From: an uncultured Methylomirabilota bacterium
GTDB lineage: Bacteria; Methylomirabilota; Methylomirabilia; Methylomirabilales; 2-02-FULL-66-22
DNA length: 64,000 bases
Reading direction: 5' to 3'
NCBI GenBank assembly: GCA_963845565.1
Contig: CAWJSJ010000005.1
Coordinates: 512,001 to 576,000 of the forward strand
Below are positions 9,780-22,943 of this stretch, piece after piece. The position numbers and the translations under genes were made by a program. Position 1 is the stretch's first letter. Every line of letters begins with the position of its first letter. A model generated the notes under the pieces. That model was given only the letters and a program-made list of their open reading frames with translations, was not told where the DNA came from and ran no database searches.

Positions 9780-11573
9780 TTACCCTCTGCCGGCGGCTCC
9801 CACGGCGACTGGCGCCTGCCGCAACCAAATGCGAAACGTCGTTCCGGATCCCACCCGGCTCTCCGCCGCCACCTGTCCGCCCATGCTCTCCAGGATCTTC
9901 TTGGCAATGGCCAGGCCCAGCCCGGTTCCCGACGGTCGCGTTGTGAAGAAGGGGTCGAAGATGCGCTGCATCTGTTCCTGGGGGATGCCACGCCCGGTGT
10001 CCTGAAAGGCGATCTCCACCCATTCCGCTTTCGGGCCATCCGCTGGCTGCGGCGTTCCCGGAGCCGCCGCCTCGGGGACAAACGCGTCGGCCGACTGCGG
10101 CGGCGACGGTTCCGGCTGAGGAGATCCCGAGGGCGACAGCCGCACGGTAACCATCAAGCGCCCGCCGTGCGGCATCGCCTGGATCGCGTTGAGACATAGA
10201 TTCCAGACGACTTGCCGGAACTGGTCGGCATCGGCCAGGACGTGCACGTCCGGCACCGCTTCGGCGACATCCCAGGTCGTGTTGGGGTGGCGCTCCCCGC
10301 TTCGGTCCAGCAGGCGAAGTGTCTCTTGTACCAGCGGCCGGACCGCGCAGGGGCGAAACAGCAGAGACTTGGGCTTGGCGAAATCGAGGAACTGGCCGGT
10401 GATCAGTTTGAGGCGATGCGCTTCCCCCAGGACGATTTCTAGGAGCTCCCGATTCGGTCCGACCAGTGCCAGGTCCTCGCGAAGCACTTCCACGGCGCCG
10501 CTGATGGCCGCCAACGGGTTCCGCACCTCGTGGGCGATATTCGCGGCCAGTTGCCCGAGGGCCGCCAGACGATCCGCGCGCCGGAGTTGCTCCTCCACCC
10601 GTTTGCGCTCGGTGAGGTCCTGGAAGATCGCCACCAGGCCGGCTGCCCCGCCGTCGGCGCGTCGCAGGGGAGAGCAAGAGACCCCGACCGGGATGAGGCG
10701 CCCATCCCGCCGTGTGAGGCCGATCTCGGTCAACGGGTTGGCCAGTGGGGCGCCTGGGTTGGCGATGAACTCCGCCAGCGGAGCGCAACTGGCGAAGGGC
10801 GTCTCCTGCCAGGGGCGATCCCGAAGATCGGCAAACGCATACCCGGTGATGCGTTCGGCCGCCTCGTTGAACGAGACCACGCGTCCGGCCAGGTCCAGGG
10901 TCATGAGGCCACTGCTGATATTCGCCACGATGGCCCGGTGCAGCGTTTGGAGGCTCCGAAGATCGAGGCCGCGCCGCTCCAGTTCCTGTCCTGCCTGGCG
11001 CAGCCGATCGGCCAGATGGCTGCTCAAGATGGCGACAGCCAGGAAGGCCACCGTGTGACTCAGGACCTGGTACACGGCGTAACCCACGGACCGGAGCGGC
11101 GCGAGTCCGCCGGCGAACTCCACCGGACGGATGATCCGGGTCCATTCGGCCAGGATCAGCCCGGCGTACAGAAAGCCGCTCACGATGCCGACCGTAAGCC
11201 CCGCGCCCCGTTCCAGCACGTTGGACGCCGCAAAGATCACCAGGATATACATGAAGGGAAACACGGAGTCGAGGCCACCGGTGAAGTGGACCAACAGGCT
11301 GACCAGGGTGAGATCGAGGGCGCACTGGACGAGGCTCTGAAGGGGCAGCCGCCATTGGCTGCGGAGCGCCACGGCGTACGCCAGGGATAAACCGAAGGTC
11401 ACGCCCAGGATCCCGTAGAGGGGGGCGGTGTGGAAGGGGAGTCGCTCCCGCAGGTCCAGCATGACGGCGGACCCCAAGAGCGCCGACGCCAGGAGGAGCC
11501 GCGCGCCGACTAGCCACTTGAGCTTGGCGAGCAAGCCTGTGGACGCGCGATCCCGTTCGTGCAGAGTGACCAA
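9780..11573 (-). CDS. pilS: Sensor histidine kinase PilS
   Basis: About 6 TM N-terminus with FTGG, PAS domain, H-box AHEVRNPL, N-box NAIQAM, G boxes DTGRG and GTGLGL. Confidence 0.88.
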   Translation of the reverse strand: MVTLHERDRASTGLLAKLKWLVGARLLLASALLGSAVMLDLRERLPFHTAPLYGILGVTFGLSLAYAVALRSQWRLPLQSLVQCALDLTLVSLLVHFTGGLDSVFPFMYILVIFAASNVLERGAGLTVGIVSGFLYAGLILAEWTRIIRPVEFAGGLAPLRSVGYAVYQVLSHTVAFLAVAILSSHLADRLRQAGQELERRGLDLRSLQTLHRAIVANISSGLMTLDLAGRVVSFNEAAERITGYAFADLRDRPWQETPFASCAPLAEFIANPGAPLANPLTEIGLTRRDGRLIPVGVSCSPLRRADGGAAGLVAIFQDLTERKRVEEQLRRADRLAALGQLAANIAHEVRNPLAAISGAVEVLREDLALVGPNRELLEIVLGEAHRLKLITGQFLDFAKPKSLLFRPCAVRPLVQETLRLLDRSGERHPNTTWDVAEAVPDVHVLADADQFRQVVWNLCLNAIQAMPHGGRLMVTVRLSPSGSPQPEPSPPQSADAFVPEAAAPGTPQPADGPKAEWVEIAFQDTGRGIPQEQMQRIFDPFFTTRPSGTGLGLAIAKKILESMGGQVAAESRVGSGTTFRIWLRQAPVAVGAAGRG

Positions 11574-11644
11574 CGCTGCCCCCTCCGAAAAGGAAAACGG
11601 GGGCCGCGTCCAGCGGCCCCCGACAGGTGTCAGGTCCCCACGGG

Positions 11645-12850
11645 CTACTTCCCGACGACCGTCACCAGCTTGAAGATGGGCAGGTACATGGCGATGACCA
11701 CGCCGCCGATCACGACACCCAGGAAGACCATGAGCATCGGCTCCAGGAGCGCGGTAAGGTTGGTCACCGCGGTGTCCACCTCCTCGTCGTAGAAGTCGGC
11801 GATCTTGCCCAGCATGGCGTCCAGGGCGCCCGTTTGCTCGCCCACGGCAATCATCTGGACCACCATCGGGGGGAAGACGCCCGACTCGCGCAAGGGGTCC
11901 GCAATCGTCTTGCCTTCGGCGATAGAGGCGCGGGTCCGGAGAACGGCGGCCTCCACGACCTTGTTGCCCGCCGTGCGGGCCGTGATGTCCAGCCCGTCCA
12001 GGATGGCGACGCCGCTGCTGATCAGCGTGCCCAGCGTCCGGGTGAACTTGGCGACGGCCACCTTGCGGATCAGGATCCCGAAGACCGGTGTCTTGATGAG
12101 GAACGCGTCAATCCGTTTCCTCCCGGCCTCCGTGCCGTACCACCACTTCACCCCCACGATCATTCCCGCGAGGACGGCCAGCCCGACCAGGAAGTAGTCG
12201 CGGACGATGCGGGAGAGTTCCAGCACGATCTGGGTCGGCAGCGGAAGCGCGGCGCCGAACCCCTCAAACATCGCCTTGAAGGTCGGGATGACAAAGACCA
12301 GCAGGAAGATCACGACCACCACCGCCACCGTCACGATGGTGGACGGGTAGATCATGGCCGATTTGACCTTCTTCTTGAGGCTCATCGCCTTTTCCATGTA
12401 CTGGGCCAGCCGGTTCAGGATGGTGTCCAGGATACCGCCCGCCTCGCCCGCCTCCACCATGTTGGCGTAGAGGGAGCTGAAGACCTTGGGGTGCTGCTTG
12501 AGGGCAGCCGCGAAGGTGGCGCCCCCTTCCACGGATTGCCGGATCTCCGTCAGGGTCTTCTTGAAGATCTTGTTCTCTTGCTGCGATGCCAGGATCTCCA
12601 GGCACTGGACCAGCGGCAGGCCGGCGTCGATCATGGTGGCGAACTGGCGCGTGAAGACCACGATCTCCTTCTCTGAGACCTTGTTGCCGATGCCGGGAAT
12701 CGTGATGTCCCTCGGCTTCCCGCGCACGGCGGTGGCGATGACCTGCTGCGAGCGGAGTCGCGCCACCACGGCCTCGCGGTTGGCCGCTTCCATCTCGCCG
12801 GTGATGGTCTGCCCGGCCCGGGTTCTCCCAGTGAAGACAAAGACCGCCAT
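11645..12850 (-). CDS. pilC: Type IV pilus platform protein PilC
   Basis: FTRQFATMIDAGLPL, AGEAGGILD, VKSAMIYP, LLEP and MYLPIF motifs of the T2SSF family. Confidence 0.95.
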   Translation of the reverse strand: MAVFVFTGRTRAGQTITGEMEAANREAVVARLRSQQVIATAVRGKPRDITIPGIGNKVSEKEIVVFTRQFATMIDAGLPLVQCLEILASQQENKIFKKTLTEIRQSVEGGATFAAALKQHPKVFSSLYANMVEAGEAGGILDTILNRLAQYMEKAMSLKKKVKSAMIYPSTIVTVAVVVVIFLLVFVIPTFKAMFEGFGAALPLPTQIVLELSRIVRDYFLVGLAVLAGMIVGVKWWYGTEAGRKRIDAFLIKTPVFGILIRKVAVAKFTRTLGTLISSGVAILDGLDITARTAGNKVVEAAVLRTRASIAEGKTIADPLRESGVFPPMVVQMIAVGEQTGALDAMLGKIADFYDEEVDTAVTNLTALLEPMLMVFLGVVIGGVVIAMYLPIFKLVTVVGK

Positions 12851-12895
12851 TGGCTGTTCCTCCCGTTAGACGTCGGATGCCCGCTCATGCACGGC

Positions 12896-13972
<1,077 letters not shown>

Positions 13973-14014
13973 GTGATGTCGCGCCCCGATTCGGTGTCTG
14001 AAAGCCGTTGGATT

Positions 14015-14067
14015 AGGAGCCGTTACGAAATACCTTGTCCATTATGTGTAATTTCGTTACGGCTCCT
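14015..14067. repeat. 17-bp inverted repeat with a 19-nt AT-rich spacer between pilB and pilT
   Basis: AGGAGCCGTTACGAAAT-N19-ATTTCGTTACGGCTCCT, one mismatch. Confidence 0.85.
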
Positions 14068-14115
14068 TATGCCGTTTCCGGGATATCTCCGGTCACGTTG
14101 TTCTGTGACAACGGC

Positions 14116-15819
<1,704 letters not shown>

Positions 15820-15866
15820 ACCTCTCCTCTGAGTCGCGTGCCACGCATGGGACGAATTAGGCCCTC

Positions 15867-15894
15867 ATGTTAATGATGCCTCCCTGCTTGTCAA
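15867..15894 (-). promoter_or_regulatory. Sigma70-like promoter for the pilB operon
   Basis: Minus strand TTGACA-N16-TAACAT. Confidence 0.55.
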
Positions 15895-15917
15895 GGGAAA
15901 TATCCCGCGAGGAGGCG

Positions 15918-16235
15918 CTACGCGGACCGCTCCAGGGCCGGTTCGCATGGCGTCGAGCGGGGCGAGCCGCGGCGGCCGGTCCAGCGCTCGAAGGCCAGCG
16001 CGCCTTGGTGGAGGAGCCTCCCGAGGCCGTTGACCGCGCGACAGCCCCGCCCGCGAGCCGCGGCGAGGAGCGGCGTCTCGGCCGGTCGGTAGATGAGGTC
16101 GACCACTGCCGTGGAAGGGAGAAGTCCTGCCTCGTCGATGAGGGACGGGTCGGTGACGCGGAGACCGAGCGAGGTCGTGTTGACCGCCGGATGCCCCAGG
16201 ACAAACGCCACCCGGGTCCGGCCGTCGATCGACAT
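15918..16235 (-). pseudogene. aroE: Shikimate dehydrogenase remnant with a large internal deletion
   Basis: N-terminal MSIDGRTRVAFVLGHP joined directly to C-terminal VNTTSLG...VVDLIYRPAETPLL...NGLGRLLHQGALAFERWTG; only about 105 codons. Confidence 0.8.
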
Positions 16236-16260
16236 GGCGACGCTCCCGGCGCGCGGCGCG

Positions 16261-19059
16261 CTACGCGATCCCATCGGCGATGGCGCGGACCAGCGCCTGC
16301 CGGATGGCGTCCATGCGCGCCGGTTCGGCCACTTTCCGCCCGTCCTTCTCGGTGACGTAGAACACGTCCACGGCTTGATCCACCTCGGTCGCGATCTTTG
16401 CCAGCGTGACGTCCACGTCGAGCCCGGAGAGGGTGCTGGCGATCACATAGAGCAGGCCGAGCCGGTCCTGGGCGCGGATGTCGATGACCGTGAACCGGTC
16501 CGAGACGACGTTGTCGAATTCCACCCGGGTGTGGATCTCGTGCGCCCGCGGGACGGGCTTGGCCAGCAGATCGCGGCGCAGGGTCCGGATGAGGTCCCGG
16601 ACGCCGACCTGCCCCAGGATCACGCCGCGCAGATCCTGACCGAAGCGGTGCCACACGGTCTCGTTCTCGAGGGCGGCTCCGCGCCCGTCGCTCACCTGGA
16701 AGGCGCGGATCATGACCCCGTCGGCCCGGCTGAAGAGCTGCGCAGAGAGGATATTGATGCCGTGGGCCGTGAGCGTCCCGACGACGCTGGTGAAGCGTCC
16801 GGGTGCGGCCGGCGCGCATACCAGCACCTCCGAATAGCCGGCCAGGGGGAAGGCGGACCAGTGGACCGCGACGGGCTCCCCTCGGCGCACGCGATCGATG
16901 AGCTGGAGGTGCTGGGCGACCTTGACGCCGGAGGTGTGCAGGACGTACCGGATCGGCATGAGGTCGAGGTGCTGTCCGACCACCTCGGCGCCGAACTCCC
17001 CGCCCAGTTCCGCCACCAAGGCGGCCCGCAGGCTCCGGGCGCGTCGGTGCTCTTCTTCCCCCTCGGGGACGCCGCGCGTCAGGATGGTGTGCGTCTTGAT
17101 GAACAGCTCCCAGAGGAGCGTACCCTTCCAGTCGGTCCACACCTGGGGGCCCACGGCGTTGATGTCCAGGTAGGTGAGGAGGTACAGCATCCGGAGCAGT
17201 TCCTCGGTCTCGACCAGCCGGGCGAACTCGATGATCAGACGCTCGTCGTCCAGATCCCGCCGTTCGGCGATGTGCGCCATGCTGAGGTGTTGCGCGACCA
17301 GGAAGGTGACGGCGGCGATGTCGGCGGGCGGCAGTCCCAGGCGGGTGAGTACCGCTTCCGCGATGGCGACTCCCCGCTCGGAGTGGCCGTGCCCCTCGCC
17401 CTTGCCGATGTCGTGCAGGAGGATGGCGAGCTTCAGGATCTCGGGCTTGCGTAGCTCCTGGGCGATGCGCCGGAACTCCTGCAAACGCGGGTCGTCGGTG
17501 CCGCGCAAGCCCTCGAGACAGTCCAGCAAGACAAAGGTGTGCTCATCCACCGTGTAGCGGTGGTAGTAGTCGAACTGGACCAGGCAGGCGATCCGGGCGA
17601 ACTCCGGAATATACGCGGTCAGGACGCCAAGCCGATGCATCTGCCGGAGCGTCTCGGCGACGCCGTGGGGCGCGCGCAGGATGGCCAGAAAGAATCCCAG
17701 GGCGCGGTTCGAGCGGCGAAACGCGTCGTCGATAAGGTCCAGGTGGCCGCGAACCGCCTCGTTCGCCTCTCCGCTCAGCTCATACCCCATCTCTTGCCGA
17801 TACCAAAAGATCTTCAGCAGCCGGACCGGGTCGACCCGAAAACACTCCCGCTGGGCGGGGAGGATGTGGATTTGCCGGTTGAGTTCCACGAAATCGTCCC
17901 CGATATCCCGAGCCCGCAACTTCTTCATCATGGCCTCCACGGGGGAGCCGGACCGCTCGGCGCACCGCTCGGTGACCCGCCGGGAGATCTGATGGAGCCC
18001 CCCGGCGCGGCGATAGTACTGCTGCATGAACTGCTCGACCCCATATTTCTGGCCGTCGCAAAACCCAAGGCTGGCTGCCACCGGGACCTGGACCGCCAGG
18101 CTCAACACGTCGTGCTTGCCGGCCTGGAGGTAGTGGAGCTCGCTCCGGACGCGCAGGAGAAAGTCCAGCGCCTGGACGCACTGGCCCAGCTCCACGGGGG
18201 TGAGCAGGTTGAGGGAGGAAAGGTCCGCCAGGTCTGCCAGGCGATGGCGCGCCCGGGCGACCCAGACGGCGACATGAAAGTCCCGCAGTCCGCCGGGCCC
18301 TTCTTTGACGTTCGGTTCCTGTAGGAAGACCGACCCGCCGTATTTCTGGTGGCGCCGCCCCTGCTCCTCCAGTTTCTCCGCGATGTACTGCTGGCCCCGG
18401 CGACCCTGCAGACCCCGCCACATGCGCGCCTGCATCTCGGCGAACACGGCGGGCTGCCCGGCAAGAAAACGGGCCTCCAGCATGGAGGTCCGGGCGGTCA
18501 GATCCGTCTCCATCATGCGGGCGGCGTCGGCCAAGGAACGGCAGCTATGCCCGACCGTGAAGCCGAGATCCCAGAGAAAATACAGGACGTGGTTCAGAAC
18601 CGCGCTCACATACTCGTCCACGTGCCGGGGATACAGGAACATCACGTCCACGTCGGAGGCGGGGTTCAGCTCGCGCCGACCGTATCCGCCCAGCGCCACG
18701 ACCGCGCAGCCCTCGGTTCGCTCCCGCACATCCTGGCGGAGCCCGCTGTCGGCCAACCGGAAGAGCTGGCAGATGATCGCGTCCACCAGGTCGGTATGCA
18801 GGCCCACCACATCGAGACCGCTGGCGCCCTGGCGGTGGGCGGCCTCGATGGCGCCTCGCTCCTCGCCGATGAACTGCTTGACGGGGGGCAACAACGCCTG
18901 CCGGAGCGCTTCCCCGTCGGCGCCTACCAGCGCGTGAGCCTCCATGAGACCCCGCAGGCGTCGCGTCACGTCCGTGTCGAGACCGTAGGAGATCTCCGGT
19001 GAGGCGGCGACCGCTCCCCAGTGAAACAGCCGGGTCAATGAACGAACGAGGTCAGCCAT
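16261..19059 (-). CDS. glnD: [Protein-PII] uridylyltransferase / uridylyl-removing enzyme
   Basis: ALGGYGRRELNPASDVD nucleotidyltransferase motif, PNVKEGPGGLRD, HD domain (YTVDEH, LLHDIGKG), two C-terminal ACT domains. Confidence 0.95.
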   Translation of the reverse strand: MADLVRSLTRLFHWGAVAASPEISYGLDTDVTRRLRGLMEAHALVGADGEALRQALLPPVKQFIGEERGAIEAAHRQGASGLDVVGLHTDLVDAIICQLFRLADSGLRQDVRERTEGCAVVALGGYGRRELNPASDVDVMFLYPRHVDEYVSAVLNHVLYFLWDLGFTVGHSCRSLADAARMMETDLTARTSMLEARFLAGQPAVFAEMQARMWRGLQGRRGQQYIAEKLEEQGRRHQKYGGSVFLQEPNVKEGPGGLRDFHVAVWVARARHRLADLADLSSLNLLTPVELGQCVQALDFLLRVRSELHYLQAGKHDVLSLAVQVPVAASLGFCDGQKYGVEQFMQQYYRRAGGLHQISRRVTERCAERSGSPVEAMMKKLRARDIGDDFVELNRQIHILPAQRECFRVDPVRLLKIFWYRQEMGYELSGEANEAVRGHLDLIDDAFRRSNRALGFFLAILRAPHGVAETLRQMHRLGVLTAYIPEFARIACLVQFDYYHRYTVDEHTFVLLDCLEGLRGTDDPRLQEFRRIAQELRKPEILKLAILLHDIGKGEGHGHSERGVAIAEAVLTRLGLPPADIAAVTFLVAQHLSMAHIAERRDLDDERLIIEFARLVETEELLRMLYLLTYLDINAVGPQVWTDWKGTLLWELFIKTHTILTRGVPEGEEEHRRARSLRAALVAELGGEFGAEVVGQHLDLMPIRYVLHTSGVKVAQHLQLIDRVRRGEPVAVHWSAFPLAGYSEVLVCAPAAPGRFTSVVGTLTAHGINILSAQLFSRADGVMIRAFQVSDGRGAALENETVWHRFGQDLRGVILGQVGVRDLIRTLRRDLLAKPVPRAHEIHTRVEFDNVVSDRFTVIDIRAQDRLGLLYVIASTLSGLDVDVTLAKIATEVDQAVDVFYVTEKDGRKVAEPARMDAIRQALVRAIADGIA

Positions 19060-19203
19060 GTCGCCTCGCGCCCGACCCGACGGCGGATCGGGGCGCTCGA
19101 GTCACGGTCCAAACCGATGCGCTGGCAGCGCGCAGCCTATCGTTCGGAGGCACGAGTTGCAACAGATAATTGGCTCACGCGGGTGGGGTGCCGGCTGGGG
19201 GAA

Positions 19204-19247
19204 GACGAGCGGACGCCCCGTTGCCTTCGGTGAGACATCCGCTCGTC
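19204..19247 (-). other. Stable hairpin between amtB and glnD (attenuator or processing site candidate)
   Basis: Minus-strand GACGAGCGGATG...CGTCCGCTCGTC stem; weak U-tail. Confidence 0.55.
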
Positions 19248-19265
19248 GCGCGTCGCGAAAGCTGG

Positions 19266-20735
19266 TCAGTGGCCGACCGGAGGCCGGTGGCCGGAGGACC
19301 CCCATCCGGCGCCGAGGCCCGTGCTGCCGATCAGGCCGACGGTATAGGCGCTCTCGTTGTGCTGGCTCAGGTCGAGCCCGGCAACCTCGTCCTCCTCGTG
19401 GATACGCAACCCGATGACTGCGTCAACGAGCTTGAGCAGGATGAGGCTTCCCACGAAGGCAAAGACCCAGGTGACCAGGATGCTGATCACCTGGGTCAGG
19501 AGTTGCCCGGGATTTCCGAAGAAGAGACCGTTTCCCCCGGCGTCGTTCACGGCCTTGCTGGCGAACAGCCCGGTGGCCAGCGCGCCCCAGGTTCCCCCGA
19601 CGCCGTGGACCCCGACCACATCCAGCGAATCGTCGTATCCCAGGCGGGACTTCAGATTGCAGGCGTTATAACACAGGATGCCTCCCACGCCGCCGATGAC
19701 CACCGCGGACAGCGGCCCGACGTAGCCCGACGCCGGCGTGATGGCCACCAGGCCGGCCACGGCACCGGACGCGGCGCCGAGCACGGTGGGCTTGCCCCGG
19801 GCGAGCCATTCGGTGAACACCCAGGTGAGCGTGGCCGCGGCGGTGGCGACGTGGGTGACGACGAACGCACTGGTGGCCAGCGCGCCCGAACTCAAGGCGC
19901 TGCCGGCATTGAAGCCAAACCATCCGACCCACAGCATGGCGGCGCCCGTCACGGTGAGGGGCAGGTTGTGGGGCGGCATCGGCTCGGTGCCAAACCCGCG
20001 CCGTTTCCCGATGACAAGCGCCGCCGCCAGAGCCGAGACGCCCGAGCTGATGTGGACCACCGTGCCTCCGGCGAAGTCGAGGGCGCCCAAGTTCCGAAGC
20101 CACCCGCCCACGCCCCACACCCAGTGGGCGAGCGGATCGTAGATGAAGGTGGCCCAGAGGACGGTGAAGACCAGGAACCCGCTGAACTTGATCCGCTCCG
20201 CGAATGCGCCGGTGATCAGGGCGGGGGTGATGATGGCGAACATGAGCTGGTAGATCATGAACGCCTGGTGGGGAATCGTGGCGGCATAATCCGGGTTGGG
20301 CTCGAGGCCGACACCGTTGAGACCGATCCACGACAGATTGCCGATCAGGCCGTGCACATCAGGTCCAAAGGAGATGCTGTAGCCCCAGAGGACCCACTGG
20401 ATGCTGATCACGGCCATCAGGATGAAACTCTGCATGATGGTTCCCAGGACGTTATGCTGGCGGACCATGCCCCCATAGAACAGGGCCAGGCCGGGGGCCG
20501 TCATCATGAGAACCAGGGCGGCCGAAGTGAGCATCCACGCCGTATCGCCACTGTCGACCTTGGGCTGCGGCGTGGCCGGCGCGGCGGCCACCGGGGGCGT
20601 GACTGCCGGCGCCACAATCCCGCCGGCCGGCGCCGGCGGCGTCGCTTGCTGCGCCGCGGCCGGCGTGGCCACCAACCAGAACGCCGTCAATGTCAGGCCG
20701 AGAGCCAGCAGCCGAAACGGTCGGTAGTGCGTCAT
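19266..20735 (-). CDS. amtB: Ammonium transporter AmtB
   Basis: [53 protein letters not shown]; signal peptide; ATG 20735 with GGAGG. Confidence 0.96.
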   Translation of the reverse strand: MTHYRPFRLLALGLTLTAFWLVATPAAAQQATPPAPAGGIVAPAVTPPVAAAPATPQPKVDSGDTAWMLTSAALVLMMTAPGLALFYGGMVRQHNVLGTIMQSFILMAVISIQWVLWGYSISFGPDVHGLIGNLSWIGLNGVGLEPNPDYAATIPHQAFMIYQLMFAIITPALITGAFAERIKFSGFLVFTVLWATFIYDPLAHWVWGVGGWLRNLGALDFAGGTVVHISSGVSALAAALVIGKRRGFGTEPMPPHNLPLTVTGAAMLWVGWFGFNAGSALSSGALATSAFVVTHVATAAATLTWVFTEWLARGKPTVLGAASGAVAGLVAITPASGYVGPLSAVVIGGVGGILCYNACNLKSRLGYDDSLDVVGVHGVGGTWGALATGLFASKAVNDAGGNGLFFGNPGQLLTQVISILVTWVFAFVGSLILLKLVDAVIGLRIHEEDEVAGLDLSQHNESAYTVGLIGSTGLGAGWGSSGHRPPVGH

Positions 20736-20933
20736 GGCGTTTGCCTCCGTAACCGGGCGGACAGACAGGTGCGGCGTGGCGTGACGTCGGGCAGGCAGGC
20801 GTGAGGGGTTGGCGCCTCGAACCCGCGCAACCACCTCGTTTCTCTCGCCTGATGCGGACGGATTTCAGCCGGACAATCCGGGGCCGCCTTGCCCATGGGT
20901 GCACTGCAGCGTGCTCACCACGGCTGACGTGAG

Positions 20934-20949
20934 AGCATGCGGCGTGCCC
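20934..20949 (-). promoter_or_regulatory. Sigma54 promoter candidate for amtB-glnD
   Basis: Minus strand GGGCACGCCGCATGCT (GG-N10-GC) about 200 nt upstream of amtB. Confidence 0.6.
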
Positions 20950-21218
20950 ATCGGGCGCGCGGCCGCCGCCGGCGAATGAGGCACACACGAAAGTCCGGAT
21001 TTTCAAGGAAGAACCGGCCCTGGGGGCCACGCGGGGACCGTCACCGATGGGTCCGAGTAGTGCCCGCGAGTTCATCATCGCGGTGGCCGATTGCTCAGCG
21101 TTTGGGCGCGCGAGGCCCCTTTTCCGACAGGAGCCACCCCAGGGGCAACAGGACGGACACCGCGAGTGCGCGGTGGTGGAGGGGGCACGGGAGGGAACGG
21201 GGCCGCCCAAGAACCGGG

Positions 21219-21968
21219 CTATCCGCGGTCCTTATAGCAGCGCTGACTGGCAAGCGGCGGCGCGGTGTCGGCCAGGGCCAGCCGCACGGCGGCCTGGGCA
21301 AGGATCCAGGACGGATCGAGGACGGGCACGGGCAGGTCGCCATCTCGGAGAATGAGCGGGATCTCGGTGCAGCCGGCGATGATCGCCTCGGCGCCGCGAT
21401 CCTGGAGGTGGGCCGCAGCCTCTCGGATCAGGCGGCGGGGACGGTCGAGGGATTGCCCCTGCTTGACGGCGTAGATGGCCTCCATGACGCACGAGGCCTG
21501 GATGGCCGGCTCGCAGGTCAAGATCGCCAATCCGTGCGGTTCGAACTTTCGCTCGAACATGCGCGACTGGAGCGTGCCGCTCGTCGCCAAGAGCCCGAAA
21601 CGTCTGGCCGCGGGGTTGGCGTCGGCTGCTGCCGCCGCGGTCTCGCGGACCAGATGCAGGAGAGGGACATCGATCGCGGTCTGGAGTCCATCGTAGAAGT
21701 GGTGGGCGGTCACGCACGGCATGGTCAGAAAGTCCGCACCCGCGCGGATCAGCGCCTTGGCGGTGGCCACCAAGGCCGGTAACGGGTCCGGCCCCTCGCC
21801 CCGGATGGCGGCGGTGCGGTCTGGAATGTGCGGATTGCTGAAGATCAGGACTTTCAGGTGATCCTGGTCGCTCTGCGCCGGGGTCGCCTGGATGAGCTTC
21901 TGAAAAAAATCCGCCGTGGCCGCCGGACCCATGCCACCCAACACGCCAATGGTCTTCGTCTGACGCAT
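21219..21968 (-). CDS. Aspartate/glutamate racemase family amino-acid racemase (RacX/YgeA-like)
   Basis: IGVLGGMGPAAT, PCVTAH and AGCTE two-cysteine motifs; ATG at 21968. Confidence 0.9.
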   Translation of the reverse strand: MRQTKTIGVLGGMGPAATADFFQKLIQATPAQSDQDHLKVLIFSNPHIPDRTAAIRGEGPDPLPALVATAKALIRAGADFLTMPCVTAHHFYDGLQTAIDVPLLHLVRETAAAAADANPAARRFGLLATSGTLQSRMFERKFEPHGLAILTCEPAIQASCVMEAIYAVKQGQSLDRPRRLIREAAAHLQDRGAEAIIAGCTEIPLILRDGDLPVPVLDPSWILAQAAVRLALADTAPPLASQRCYKDRG

Positions 21969-22148
21969 GATGCCGTGAGTGTGCACCAATTCGCGGCGCA
22001 CGTCAAGATGCGCCCTCCCGTGCGCCACCTCCCGCGTGCTCCCTCGGATGGTCGGCACGGCAATGGCGACTTGACCCGGCGGCCGTTCCGCGATATGAGC
22101 TACGCTTGATGATCCAGTAAAGCATCGGCAGTCGATCCGAGGTTCCCG

Positions 22149-22943
22149 GTGACGGTTTCTTTCCTGCTCACGCTGGCTGCGCTGGGATTCATGGGCGCCT
22201 TCGTCGCCGGGCTGCTTGGCGTCGGGGGCGCGATCCTCATGATCCCCCTTCTGCTCTACGTCCCACCCTGGATCGGTTTCCCTCCCCTGGATGTCAGGGC
22301 CGTGACTGCGATCAGCATGGTCCAGGTGTTTTTTGCGGCCCTGTCCGGCGCCATCGCCCACGGGAGACACGGCGCCGTGCATCGGGGGCTCAGCGTGACG
22401 GTGGGCGCCGCCGCGGCGGTCGGGTCGCTGGCCGGCGGCGTCGCCTCCCGTTGGTTGCCCGAACACGCGCTGCTCGCGATCTTTGCGGCGATGGCAAGCC
22501 TAGGGGTTCTCTTGATGTGGGTGGCCCCCACGGCACACGACGGCCAGTCCCGCACGGCGGACATGGCGCCTTTTCACCGGCCACTCGTCCTGCTCACCGG
22601 GGGCGGCGTCGGCGTCGGCGCCGGACTGGTTGGCGCAGGCGGTGCCTTTCTGCTGGTACCCCTCCTGATCACCGTGGTCGGAATCCCCACCCGGATCACC
22701 ATCGGGAGCTCGCTGGTCATCACCCTCTGGACTGCCGCCGCGGGCGTCGTGGGAAAGCTGATGACCGGGCAGGTCCCCTTCGCTCCCGCGGTGGCACTGG
22801 TCCTGGGTGCGATTCCCGGGGCACAAGTCGGCGGGTGGGCTAGCCGGCGTTTTGGTGTACGAAGTTTGAAAGGCCTGCTGACCGGACTCACCACGCTGGT
22901 GGCGTTACGGATCTGGATTGACGTACTCTCGCGCGTGTGGTAG
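22149..22943 (+). CDS. Sulfite exporter TauE/SafE family protein
   Basis: Duplicated GLLGVGGA / GLVGAGGA...P motifs, about 8 TM segments. Confidence 0.88.
   Translation: MTVSFLLTLAALGFMGAFVAGLLGVGGAILMIPLLLYVPPWIGFPPLDVRAVTAISMVQVFFAALSGAIAHGRHGAVHRGLSVTVGAAAAVGSLAGGVASRWLPEHALLAIFAAMASLGVLLMWVAPTAHDGQSRTADMAPFHRPLVLLTGGGVGVGAGLVGAGGAFLLVPLLITVVGIPTRITIGSSLVITLWTAAAGVVGKLMTGQVPFAPAVALVLGAIPGAQVGGWASRRFGVRSLKGLLTGLTTLVALRIWIDVLSRVW

Noticed and set aside
14025..14052. dif-like XerD arm TTATGTGTAAT
   Set aside because: No matching XerC arm at the required 6-bp spacing.
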